Below, one piece after another: positions 26,449 through 39,416 of a stretch of 64,000 bases of DNA. How positions within the stretch are numbered: position 1 is the first letter of the stretch; each line of letters starts with the position of its first letter. The notes under the pieces were generated by a model. It was not told the DNA's origin. It saw only the letters and a program-made list of their open reading frames with translations, and ran no database searches. A program made the translations under genes and the position numbers. The DNA is from Harriotta raleighana (lineage: Eukaryota): the NCBI GenBank assembly GCA_050575255.1, contig JBNZDD010013398.1, forward strand, positions 287,360-351,359. The letters are read 5' to 3'.

Positions 26449-26771
26449 GGATTTCTGTAGTGTAGTGGTTAGTATTCTCTCCTCGCAAGCGAGAGACCTG
26501 GGCTTGATTTCCAGGCAGAGCGAAACCGTAAGCAAGTTTCCTTAATCTACTCACCTCTGTTTACCTAGCAGTAAATTGGAATCTGGTTGTTAGTGAATTA
26601 GTGGATTGCTTTCACTCTATCCACAACTCTTTGTGGAACACTGTTGTGTGCCTTTGGTTGCTGTGTTTTGCCCACAAAATCCACTTTGCAATACAGTATA
26701 TCCTATGAAACACTTTGAGACATCTCAACAACGTGATAAGATGCCATATCAAATGCGAGGATTATTATTAT
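26449..26771 (+). mobile_element. tRNA-derived SINE
   Basis: TAGTGTAGTGG A box, CAAGTTTCCTT body, TTTGTGGAACACTG core and AAATGCGAGGATTATTATTAT tail; same family as 21344-21683. Confidence 0.8.
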
Positions 26772-28094
26772 AAACCGCAGTCATACTACAGTAACTAATA
26801 ATCTGAGCAAAGTGCCACAAGAATCATGCTCAACAAACACCATCTCACCTTATCTTAATGTTCTGACCTACCCTTAATCAAAAGTTCATTTAAAGGAAAT
26901 GTGTATAGAGCGGTCATCAGTTATAATATCATATGCTGTAATTTTGACCACTTTATAATTTGTTTTCTATGTACAGTGAATGTGTTGGCGTAATTTCTCA
27001 GTAATTTAGATGAATAAATATTGCATCCTCCTGCTTCTGTGGCAGTGATATTTATGTAACTTGTAGACTTAACCAATTGAAACGCACAAGAAATGCCATT
27101 ACCTAATCAGTGTCAATTAGTGTATGAGTATATCACATCACATACAATGAACAATTTATATGGACAGTAAACCTAAAGCACTCAGCCCAAATTTAATCAA
27201 CCAGTTTTGAATACTTTTCACTTTATTAACCAGATTGAGCCTGTATCTGTCCAAGTGTAGGGTTGATTAAAATATATCTGAATGCATAAACCTGCAGTGA
27301 ATCATTTTGAACTGCAGCAATTTCAAGAAAACAGAACATATGTTTGATATATTCTTGATATTATGAAATGAATTGTGGGCCAAGCATGGCACATAGCAGT
27401 GGATCCACAAGCAGTCCTGGATGTACTTGATGGTAATCCTCTTTGTAAATATTTAGTTTGACGGGAGGAAAAGGACATTTTAATTTGAGTTCACAATATC
27501 CGACTTTTAACATCTGGATAAAATTTTAGTAAAGTTAAAGGGTAAAAAAGCCGATAGAGTAAATTGAATGCATCTAAAGTAACAGATGGCTACTCAATGG
27601 AATTGTCACCTTGAAATGAGACACCTTACATTTCAAATCAATATAAATCATGTAATACAAGTTTGGAGGTGTTTGGGTGGAAGGAGAAATAATTGAGTAA
27701 TTAACAGATTCCACAGCAATGGTAAGTGGTGATGGGGAGAAACATAATTATTATCAAAGAAAATAAAAGATAAGTATTAGTTTTTTTTTGAAAATACCTA
27801 TTTTGTGAAACTCACTTGGTCCATTTAAATAAATATTTGAACATGTCCATTTGTGTATACATTCAACTTTACCTAAAATAATAACTTCCTGTACTCTTCT
27901 CAGTTCAACTCACTTTCTTTATATTCTTTTCTGTTCATTTATTTTCCCATCTACCATCTACTTTTAACTTTTTCAACTATTATCCTTAAATCTGATTTCT
28001 AATGAATTGCTTCGCTTTGTATTATTATTGTGCTTTCATGAATATGCTCAAAAGACAATTAGTGTGTTTGCTGTATATGCCATTGACTAAATGC

Positions 28095-28610
28095 GACAAC
28101 AAAATTACATTTGTGTAGAGCGTTTCACTTCAGAAGGATATACCAAGGTGCTGGACAGTCAGTATTTCATACGCAAACTGGGGTTGGGATTGGGGAGGTT
28201 GAAGTGAAATTAGGTGATTTGAGGTGACCGATGGGACCATCGAAGAGGATTTTTTGAGGTAGGACTTGAAGGAGGCTAGGGAGAGGGCAAGGCAGAGGGA
28301 ATGCAGGATGGAATTCCAGAGGTTGCGGGCAGCGTGACTGAAGGCTCACCCGCTGATGGTGAGGCGGGTGGGTTGGAGCACATGGAGCAAGTCGGAGCCC
28401 TCTGAGCAGAGTGGAGGGAGCGGGCAGTTTGGTAGGGGGTTAGTAGGTCACAAACGTAGGGTGGGTTGAGTTCGTGGAAGGATTCGAGGGCAAGAACCAG
28501 GATCTTGAATTGAATTCTCTGGGTGATAGGGATCCGGTGGAGTTGGGCGAAAATGGGGGAGATGGGGTCGCAGAGCTTGGAGTGGTGGAGGACACGGGCT
28601 GCATAGTAGT
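28095..28610 (-). mobile_element. L2-clade LINE 3' fragment
   Basis: Minus-strand QLHRIPITQRIQFKILVLALESFHELNPPYVCDLL followed by the 3' tail. Confidence 0.8.
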
Positions 28611-28769
28611 AACTATCTCTTTGTTTTTGTAATGAAGCCATCAATGTCGTTTGTTAATATTTTTCTCTCTCCTACTTTTCCTATACCATCCATTAATTTT
28701 CCGCCATGCCTTCATTTCCCAAAACAATCTTAATAATAATTTTTAAAATAATTTTAGAAATGCAGAATA

Positions 28770-28930
28770 CTTAATAATAATCGTTGCATTTTGTACGGTA
28801 CCTTATCATATCTTTGAAATGTCATAAAGTACTTCCCAGAATATACTGTAAAGTGAATTGACTGTATATTTTGTGGACAAAACATGGCTGGTAATTGTGC
28901 ACAGCAGCATCCCACAAACCTCATGGATTG
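28770..28930 (-). mobile_element. 3' half of the tRNA-SINE family (decayed)
   Basis: Reverse complement of the core TTTGTGGGA..CTGCTGTG..CAATT...CAGTCAATTCACTTTACAGTATATTC. Further short pieces occur near 1-30, 29.9, 34.3, 36.2, 37.8, 40.7 and 45.8 kb. Confidence 0.7.
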
Positions 28931-29369
28931 AATTTTTTTTATTCCTAACTTTTCCGGTGAGACTTGTTGCATATGCTCTGTTAAAATAGGGAGCTGTAGA
29001 ATGTTTCAGGAGAAACATATCTGAATGAAATTACTTCCATTTTCAGAGTAGATCACATTTAATTCATCTTAAATTGATGTGAGCTGGATTTCATGTCTCT
29101 GGCAATTTATTCACCACATTGTCATCAGCCACTACATTTGTCAGACAGCGTCAAGTTACTGACTAATAAATATATTGTGTAGTCAATGGGCCAGAAATTC
29201 AGCAGAGATTTGAATCAGATTGTATAAACAAACCTAGTTTTAATCAATTTGCATTACAGGTGGTGTGAACAGCCCATGAATTTTAAAGTTTGTGTATGAA
29301 TTATTTGGAATAAAATTCTGCTAATTTGAAATGGGTACAAATTGCAAATAAATTCCAATGAAGAGCTAA

Positions 29370-29650
29370 CACATAATATAAGAATAAGAGGAGGCCATTC
29401 AGCCCCTCAAGCTTATTCCGGTGTTCTATTAGACCATGGTTGATCTGATCTGTACCTCAAAATATCCGCCTTTGCCCCACATCTTTCGACACCGTGACCC
29501 AATAAAAATCAGAAAATTTGAATGGATCCAACATCCACAACCTTTTGGGAGAGAGAGTTCCAGATTTCCACTATCTATTGTGCAAATAATTGCTTCCTGA
29601 TTTCATTCCTAATTGGTCTAGCTCTAATTTTAAACAGTTACAGCTGTTGA
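29370..29650 (-). mobile_element. CR1-like LINE 3' end fragment
   Basis: GGAGGCCATTCAGCCCCTCAAGC...CATGGTTGATCTG...GAGAGTTCCAGATT pattern; related pieces at about 25.65, 45.9 and 59.3 kb. Confidence 0.55.
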
Positions 29651-31374
29651 TCTCACTGTGTGAGTGGAAGCTGAGCACAAAATAGTAGAAGAATATCACA
29701 CAGTCCTTGACACCCCCCAACTGAGAGAAGGAATGGTTTTGGAGATCATAGAGGAGCTCCGCATGGCAGGAGTCGATCTGCATTCATACATCACGCAAAC
29801 CAATTCTCGAGTGAGAAATATGTTTGTGGATTGATTGTGTAATATAAGCTGTGTGCGCATCAGTTAGCGAATTGTTCATTTCATTGATTGACCTCAGGAA
29901 CCAAATAGAAGAGCATAGCCTACAAACAGCCACGGTCATTATACTTTACAGAAAATCCTGTGAAGCTCTTTGAGACATCCTCCCAATGTGAGATGAACTG
30001 ACAGATGCAAAGATTATTGTTGAGATATAAAACTGATTAAATTAGAAACATGAGGGTGAAAAGCCACTGTAGCCAGGAAACTCAATACACTTCTTCAAGA
30101 AACAAATGGAACTGTTATACTTTCCTTGCAAGTAAAAATATTTTTAGTTTGCCATTGTTCTCAATAACGTTATATCTAAGGAAAGATAGCCAAGGAATAA
30201 GCTGGCAGCTACCTGGTAAACAATGTACATTGACACTAAGAATGAATCATCACCACTAAATGAGTTGCAGGATGACTCACGGTTTTATCTTGGTAAACTC
30301 TACAATATTACTACCAGAGGTGAAGGGAATACAATATACAGTATTCATGACACACAGCCTTTGGTTACAAAATAGATTACTTTTATGAAAGCATTTATCA
30401 CTGATGCATTTATCGCTGGTCTTGATTAAGAAATGCTTTTTCAAAGGTCCGGTCTGCCTGTCCAGTTGGATTTGAAAGAGAATGGAGATAGATCCTCTTT
30501 ATGTTCCTGAACAACAATTCACACAGATTTAAGAAAAAAATTAATGGCTGAACTTCATGGCTATTCTCCAGGCATATCTCCTGATTTCCAATACCATCAC
30601 AGTGATAGTGGAGGTCACAGAACATTTCTAATAGTGGCTCTTATAACGCATGAACGTCTTGATCACAATACTTACACAATGGCATCATGTTGAGGTGGTG
30701 CACTGTATGGTATTTGACACAAGCAGTCTCCAGAAGTCTCTAGTAACTGCGTAAAATAAGTGGAGGATTGAAGTATCCATTTGAAATCTGCAAAAACATA
30801 ACGTATGAGTGGAATTAGCAGTCACTTGAACCTGCCAGTCTAGCACTAGTGCCAAAATATTACTAAGCTACCTTTTCAAAGCCCTACTTTATTTCATGTT
30901 TCAGTTGTAAGGGAGCATTTCACAGCATGAATCAGCTCGACTGATACTCAATTGCATCAAAACGCGCTCGAGGGTGCTACAGACAGCAGTGATGACGTTA
31001 GACATCTGGCAGAGTGACACTGGTAGCTTAGGAGGAAGAAGAATTTCCTGTTCAGATAATGCAGTCCGTATGCATACATTTGAGCTGAAATCACATTAAC
31101 AAGAATATAAACAGCCCATTGTCCCCTCTTCACTCTCATGGGCATTTGTTAACCTTTTCCCAGGCAGGCATTCAAAAAAAGACATAACATAGGAAACCTA
31201 CATAGGAAAACACTGCAAAATTAGGTAAAGTCTTGATGATAAATTTTTAGGAAAATATAATAGGAGAAAGGAATTTATAAAGCTGTGCATCCATATTCAG
31301 TTGACTATTTAACTCGGCTTCCTTAGAGATAGGCCAAACCCATTACTTTAATGGAACTAATATTTCTAAATATC

Positions 31375-31378
<4 letters not shown>

Positions 31379-31404
<26 letters not shown>
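31379..31404. repeat. (GT)13 microsatellite
   Basis: Directly visible. Confidence 0.95.
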
Positions 31405-31405
<1 letters not shown>

Positions 31406-34400
31406 GCAGGATTGAATGCATTATCTCTTGGGAAGCAAGCGAGATCTCCCCTGAGGCAGAAGCGGCTGCGAGTAGTTTTGGGCAGTAATCAAAAGCACCG
31501 ATAATGGTTAGAGCTCAAAAACATTGAATTATCAAAAACATGAAATCTGTGGCTTCATTTAAACCCATTGCTCACTAGGGAAGGGGTTTGTTTGCAGACG
31601 ACATTTTCTTATAATGATGTATGTTTTATTACCGGAAAGTGGGGATATTTTTGTGGTTTAAGAGAATATCCTAAAACTGTACGAAAGTAATAAGAAACAG
31701 TGACTATCGAACAAAAAAATATTATTTCGGGTTAATTTTTAAAGATATATTGCCTTGCCGCAGAAAATACATTATTTAACAAGTGCAATTTTCATCCTTA
31801 TATTTCAGCAAATAATATTAACAATAATCACATCAATAAACTTGTCAAAGACAAAGCTAGCATAAGTTAGCGGGCAGCAGGACTTGATTGAAATAGGGTC
31901 AGGTTACAGACCTTTCACCATTAGTAAAATGGAGCATAGCTGAATGTAAGAAATGGGAACAAAGTTGTTTACTTGAGTAAATACATCTCTTTGATGTTTA
32001 TTTCAAATAAACCCCTAGAAAGAAAGTGGCTGCTCTGGCTAGTAACATGGTGGGAGGTTTTGTAAGGAAGCACGATGGAATGGTTGACCCCTGAAGAGCA
32101 AAACACAGACTCTGCACATCAGGGCTTCCCCCTCGAGGCAAGAGCTGATTTTAATAACTACACTGGAGCCTTTGAAACAGACTAGGTCTCTTTCATGTTT
32201 TATCCATTGCAAAGCGGACCAAACCTCAGTTTGAATGGAGTTTATTATGCGAAATTCTAACAGAAATTCAGTTGTTAAATATGTCTCTGAGCTTTTTGGC
32301 TCTTTATAGACATACATGCAATCGGTCTCTTTCTCCCTTCCTTACAACACCCATAAGCGGTCGAGAGTTGACTCGTTATGAAGCAATACGGTTGCATTTA
32401 CTTTTGATGTTTTACGAGAAAAAATATTTGAGAACCAGATTGTAATAGAATTTTTATAAAGGATTACACAAAAAAATCGGACAACTGATATCAAAGGCCA
32501 AATTGATGAAACCTAGAATTTTAACACAAATGTAAGTTTAAGAAAACCCTCTTTGATGAGATGTGCAATAATAAAAAAAATTGCTGCACTGCCGAGACTT
32601 AAAGCACAGGGTAAATGTGCCTAGAATTAGAACTTGGTTCCTTCGAAAATGTGGATAAGTTGGTTTTAGGAGCAATTTGATTTGCAGCAGCATAAATAAA
32701 AAGGTAGCAATCAATACCAACTATAACATGAGACATTTAGTCACTTACAGTTGGTTTGGGAAGTGCAAAGTGGCACTTGTGAGATTTCGACTGAGTCGCA
32801 ATATTAGGGCTTTGCTCCACATCTAACTATTCCTCATCCTTCCGGGAGTGCTTGACACCAACACCGACAGGCTGAAATGGAAAAGGGTTCCAGTTCCCAC
32901 TACTAACATCCATCACTTTGAAAAGCATAAAATGTACCAATTTTGTATTAAAAAATTTAAAATTTATTACATTGCATACAGTCACGGCATGAATAAAATA
33001 TTTGTCTTGGGAGCTGTGGGCTGTGCAGAAATAATGCAGCTCATAGATTCAGCATACAAATAGCCCACAAACACTTTGATGCATAAGTTTTTTGGATGCC
33101 TGTGTTCTCTGTCAACTGTCCATTACTTGCCAATCATCAATATTGTAATTATGTTCACTTGACATTCTCATTACATGTAGCATATGGTCACAACGCAAAT
33201 TATTAAAGTCTGGGCATCTGACAGGAGTATTCTGTAGGAAATTAATATTTATTTTACTGTGTCTTATAGACGCTTCATTCTGGAAAACAAATGCACTTAA
33301 ATAGGCATTTTCAAATGTCACTTTTAAAGTAGCAAGAAATTACAACAACAAAATTACATTTATATTGTGCCTTTCACATGGAAAGAATGTCCCAAGGTGC
33401 TGGTCAGTCAAGAAATTTGCAATTACACCTTCAAATACCAGAGTTTGATTGAGTGCCACATTGCACAAGCTCAAAACCTAATGACTAGAATTTTGTGGTG
33501 GATTTACCTTACCAGTAGATTTATCTGCTGGTGGGTTGAAAACATCTATATACTTGATTAATCATGATCCTTTTCTGTCTTGGTGCATTTTAACAGCTGT
33601 TGTTGAAGTTTTCTATCCTGTTGCCCAGCAGAAGATATTTGCATGAGCATGAGTATATAACTGGGTTTATTTCTCATGTATGGAAAAATCTATAATTCAC
33701 AAGCACTGCGGGCATGACAGAATTATCACGTCTCTTATGCAAGTAAAATAAATGGAATACGTGAGGCTGCCAGTGCAATAATCTATCTATTATTAATACA
33801 GGCTACAGCGGGATGCTCATCAATATGGCTCCTAACTGGTTACAAAGAGATGCTTGAGAATGGACCTGAGATGGATAAATGCATTGTCTATATTTGCTGG
33901 TTCGCCACAGTGAATGACACTGAGGTCAACTGTGTGGAGAGGGAAACCTAACCATTGAATGATAGTGTGTCGCAGTATCACAATTGTTGTATACCTACTC
34001 CAATTAAACACATATTATTTGATCATTAAGTATATAGGAGACCATTATCTCATAGTGATTTTGCCAGCTCTCTAAAAGAGCAACCATTTATTTACTTTCC
34101 CCCTTAGTTTTTCACGAATGTTTTTATGTATTTTCTTTGGCAATTATTTGCCCAATTCTCATTTCAATAAAACTGTTGTTCACCAACAAAATGCACAGTT
34201 ACTACACCTTACACTATAATAATGATTATAGTAATAATAACCCTTGCATTTGATATAGCACCATATCACGTCTTTGAGACGTCTCAGTAGTTCACGCAAA
34301 ATACCGTAGAGTGAATTTACTGTATATTTTGGGGCCCAATCTATATCCAGTGAAGTGCTTCAAGACATTATCCTGATGTAAAAGGCTTCATATCAAAATT

Positions 34401-35529
34401 TATATAAAACGATTGTTATTTCAACAACAATAACAAAATTACATTTATAGAGCACATTTCACGTCAGGAGGACGTCAGAATTAAAGATTCACAGGTCAAT
34501 CCATTCAAGTCGTAAAACTGGAAAACAGCTGTGATTGAAAAAAAACTATTGGGTTCAAAGGCTGAACAAAAGTCTGTCCTGTTAAAATGATCCACAGTTG
34601 CTCTCTTCCTGGAAGACATGTGATGGTGTCATGACAACAGTTTCTAGGATTGAACATTTTATGACCTCATCTAAACCATTAGGGGATACACAGGTAGTTT
34701 AGGGGATTTAACCCTTAACCTACTGAGAAAGGGATGATTGTATTCTACAATTAATTCAACAAATTCTTTTAACTGGAGAATCGAGTGTTAACATTCAATT
34801 CATCTCAGAGCTACGATCTTTGGAATGTAATACGGGTTCCAATATCTCACTGACAACTGAACTTTTGCAGTCCATATGTTGCCTTTTTGCACAATGATAG
34901 GAAAAGCAGATGAGAAGCTGACAACCTGCCTTGCATTAGCCTGAGAGATGAGATGAATATAGCCCTTCTTAAACAGGATTAACACATAAGCGTTTTAACA
35001 AGACATTGTTTAAAACTGAAATTCTCTATTGCTATGGAGACAAAATGCTTCACAACAGAATAGTAAACAGTTATAATTTCATCGTTTGAAGGTTAGTTTA
35101 TTGGTGAGTTAATACAAGGGTCCCAAATGTAATATTTGCAACCTGGATTCGCGCATAATTCTTTTTTTTCTATATCCTGCTGATAATGGGATGTGCATTG
35201 CACAAATTGTCAGGAGCTCTAGTCTGACACGATTGGAAGTAGATTGATTTTGAAGCGGACTTTATCCCAGGTCTTATTTCCAGTTGATAGGGAAGCAGTT
35301 GCTCTTTGCACGTTGCACTGGATTGTGTCATAATAGTTTGCAAATTACTGTTAGATTTGGTTGGATGTTTGAATGGCAGAGAAAATGAAACGAACACGCA
35401 CCTCAAGTACAGACACATATCCAAGGTGGTGGATTTGCAATATACTGTTCTATCGTAGGATAATATTGTGATGGACAAGCACTGTTTCGAAGAAAATTGT
35501 GACAAATTGAAACGTTATGTTCCTTATAG

Positions 35530-35655
35530 CAACCCAGTGAAGCTGTCTGGGTGAGGACAGGTGTTTATTGGCAGTGATGCTATTGCAGTCAGACACTCTG
35601 CAGTAGCTCACTGTCTAGACTGACTTATCAAGGTTACTTGACCGAGGTATCTGAA
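35530..35655 (+). mobile_element. Fragment of an old interspersed SINE-like repeat
   Basis: GGTGAGGACAGG...GCTCACTGTCTAGAC; similar to 36830-37040 (AGTGAGGAAAGG...GACACTGAGTGTC...GACATGAATAATGG). Confidence 0.4.
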
Positions 35656-38600
35656 GGCTGCCAAGACTCATAGTACTGTCTGCTGGCAAAGGAAAGCATA
35701 AAATCAAAGATATTTCTGCAGAATTAACTAGTGGATGCCGATAGAATCCTATTATCTCAATTTCAGGCTTATGCGTTGCAGATAAAAGGAGAAAAACGTG
35801 ACCGCTGGGAATCTGAAATAAAAAGAGAACATTCTAGAGAATGCAGAGCACATCAATCAGCATCTGAAAGAGACAGACAGGTTAAGACTTCAGGTGATGT
35901 GATAACAAAGGGTTTCTCGTTCCTCTTTCTCTTTCAGATACTGATCCAAAATTTCCCAACCCGTTTCTGTTTTAAAATGAAGAGTCATGCTGTTTCTATC
36001 CGATAGGATTATGTTGTATAACTTCAGTTAAAATTTGCATTTTGTTGCTTTTTCTGTTGTGCTCTTTCTCCGTTCATTTCTCTGAGGCTCACGTAGAGGA
36101 GGATCAATCATTTGATCATTGATTATTTGTCTGGATGTCTTCGTGAGACTGAACCAATTTTTTTGGTAGCGCTAGCAAACACACAAAGACAGAGCGGTGA
36201 GAATAGAATTGCAATTTGCCCACAAAATACACAGTCAATTCACTTTACATTATATTCTGTGAAGTACTTTGAAACATTTTAGTGATGTGATAAGACACTA
36301 TATCATATGCAATTATCTGTATTACATTTCTCAATGAAGCTTATAAAGGGACAAGAGTGGATTGATTAAACGTTTGTGCTATTTGGATATTTTTAAGTGT
36401 AATTATTTTTCGGAACGTTATCGTGAATTTCGTGAAAGTCAAGCTTGTCAGGGTGAAACTTTATGCTTGTGTAAGCAGCTTTCATCTGCCATTTTCAGCA
36501 TGCACACAGCACTTGCCCATTTGCACTTTGTAGATCGGTGATTGAAATTAAACGTGACTTTCAGGTAATTTTAATATGAATCTGACTGACGGCATATTTG
36601 ATTTGAAGCAAATCTGAAATCCCAATTTGTTTGATGCGAGTTTGGCTCCTGGCGTGTAATTTTTGTGAAAGTTTAGCAGCAGAAGAACATTTTTTAAAAT
36701 TGACTCTGTCTGCTGGGGATGCGATTCTTTTGTTGGTGAATCGATTGTGATTATGCTTTCAGATGTACAAGTGGTTGTTGTGTTGACAATCTATATGAAG
36801 AGCCCAGTTCAACAATGGGCTTCAATGTTCCTGGGTTAGTGAGTGAGTAAATTAGCCAACATTCTGTTGATTACCACATCGGAACGCCTGATGGAAGGTG
36901 TATGTATTCGTGCATGTTGAGTGAGGAAAGGAAAGATTTGATTGAATGACCCTCTCCTCCCTCCCTTTCCAGGAGCTTGCTGACACTGAGTGTCAATGCT
37001 TAGACATGAATAATGGGCGTCTTGGATGAATTACTGTGGCATACAATAATAAAAGCTGAAATGCATTCTGATGAGTTAGAGAGAAATCCGACGCAAATCG
37101 GATAAGAGAAAACAAATCGAAACAACAGACGATTTTCGGTTCTTGAAAACTCCTGCTAAAGCAAAATGAAATTTATATTGCTTTTTTTTCCCACCAATTT
37201 TGTGAAAATTTGACTTTGTGTTGTATCATTTAGGACTTGCCGAGTTTCAGCAATATATCATTTATTTTCCTCATTACTAATGCAGTATTACTGAGCACGT
37301 ACTGAGTAAAATGGTGATAAACCATAAAGCTCCCATTTGCCAGGGTTTACATGGAAATATCACATAATGGTCCAACTACCATTTACAAGCAGCTCCTTAA
37401 TTATTAATACAGCAACATCTTTTAACAACAGATTTGAGATTTCTTTAAACATGATTCAGTACGAACAATATAGAAACTGCAAGTGTGTTCACTTTCTGTT
37501 TCTTTCTCAGTTTTTCTCCCCCACACTCCATAGAAAAATAATCTTCCCCAGATCTTATGCAGCTTTTTAGCTGCAGATACATTTTGTATCGAGAAGGCAG
37601 TTTACAGAGTTTGACAAGAGATTCAGCTTCCAAGTAAAACTGACAGAAGCTAATATTAAACAAAAGGTTTTCTAGCAATCAATGAACAACATCATTCAAA
37701 CCACAGATTTCAAATAAGAAAGTCAATTTCTGCTGTGACTATTTTTAAAAGGTAGCATTTTAATACGAATCCTTGCATTTGACATAGCGGCTCATCAAAG
37801 AGCCTAACAGAATATACTGTAAAGTGGATTGACTGGGTTTGATATAGTCTCATGATCAGGAACAATTTAATTCTATGTAGTCATAATTCACCATGTCATA
37901 TTCTACAAAAAGTAAATATAATTTTTTCTTCACCACCAGACTCCAGGGGTGGACTGTAGTTTCTGCCGATTCTCTGATTGGACCTATATTAGCAAGAAAG
38001 ATGCAACATACACATTCATTCCACCATATTATTTTATTTTTTGTCATTCGATTTAATGCAAAGCATTCAGAATTCATTGTACCATCACCACAATTAGACA
38101 TAAAACTAATTAATATATTTCTCAAATGACCAGTTTCAAATCCATAAACATTTTGTGCTTCCAGGCATGCTTCTAGTACTCCTGTAAGGGCAGTTATTTG
38201 TGTTAGTCTCAAATAAGATTACACTGTTAATTTATCCACTGAACAATGCAAAACCAAAAGGAATTTCCATTTTTCTTTTATACATTTCTCTGAATCAAAG
38301 CTCACAATATTTAGAAAAGCAAGTTCATAAATATATCATCAAGAAATTGAATATTTTTAAAAGCAACTGAGAAAATTAGGGATGAAAGAAATCATTAGCC
38401 AGGCAGTCTTTGCTCTGATATGTAGCAGTAACTCAGAATGAAAATTAAAATTAATCTGAAAATTGCAGATGACATTTATGCTCACTAAATTTAGCAATTA
38501 AATTTACTGTATGGGGAGTTGGATATAATTTTATTTTTTTCTGACATTCAATTCATTTATGGCAAAAAGATTTGCCAATCAAAAACCTGGAGTTTTTTTT

Positions 38601-38909
38601 AGTTGCTTCTGTTTATTTGATCTCTGTAACCTGCGTTTGAATTTACTCCAGACTGGTAGGAAACAATATAATGTCTGATAGCAGTAAGGATCTCAATGAA
38701 GTTAGTTCAGGTTATTTCAGCAAGTCTCAATGGATATAATAGTCATGTACAAAACTGTGAACTAATTTGGTACCAAATAGGGCGAATGCATCCCACTCAT
38801 TCAGGTCTTAAAAAAAATGCCCGTTGTGTTTGATAGGAATTCTAGAATTGTGTTGTTGATATATTCTGTGATAAAGAACATGTCACAATTTGAATTGCGG
38901 GCACGAAGC

Positions 38910-39097
38910 TTTGCAAAAGTCTTCCTCTATCCCTCCATCTTGCTACCAATCCTTCCTCATCTCCCTGCTGAAGATCTTCCACTTCAACTGTCCCTATGAT
39001 CTCTTCTTCCCCCAAGCTCAGTGTCGTGCTTCATTACTGTCAATTGCTCTGGGACACTACCCTGCGTGAGGAGGCGCTATATTGTTATTGTTGTTAT
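38910..39097 (+). mobile_element. L2-like 3' end just upstream of the constant exon 3 acceptor
   Basis: GCTCTGGGACAC..CGTGAGGAGGCGCTATA followed by a TTGTTATTGTTGTTA tail, like other L2 tails in the window. Confidence 0.55.
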
Positions 39098-39138
39098 GAA
39101 CTGTAATGATCTTGACTTTATTTCATTTATTTTAATAG

Positions 39139-39416
39139 ATGCAGGATACATTGAAGCATCTCCGGATCTAGAAGATGGCATTCCTACTTGGGCTCCACGG
39201 TATGGATCACAGCAGGTTGAGCACCAGGAACCTGATGAGTATCAGCCTGGCATCTACATGGGAGGTAGTCCAGTCCGGTTGCCCGCCAAACAGGACCAAG
39301 TGGCTAAACTGGATGGGCAGCAATCTGCCTCATCCACCAAGAAAAAGAAGAAACGCAGCAAACGAACGGAAAAGAGGGAGAGCAAAGTTACCATTGAGGA
39401 CCCACAGAATGAGTAA
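39139..39416 (+). CDS. Protocadherin constant exon 3, coding part: (D)AGYIEASPDLEDGIPTWAPRYGSQQVEHQEPDEYQPGIYMGGSPVRLPAKQDQVAKLDGQQSASSTKKKKKRSKRTEKRESKVTIEDPQNE*
   Basis: Acceptor TTTATTTTAATAG| in phase 1, compatible with exon 2; RYGxQ...PDxYxxxxYxxGS similarity to the gamma constant domain; Lys-rich C-terminal patch; stop TAA ends at 39416. Confidence 0.9.

Noticed and set aside
35565-35620. CSE-like string TATTG..AGACACTCTG..CTGTCTA in the long intron
   Set aside because: It lacks CGCT and CCAAT, has the wrong spacing, has no downstream cadherin exon, and lies in an interspersed repeat fragment.
39021-39138. 5' part of the 131-aa ORF 39021-39416
   Set aside because: It starts at GTG within an L2-like tail and the polypyrimidine tract; only the part from 39139 is exon.
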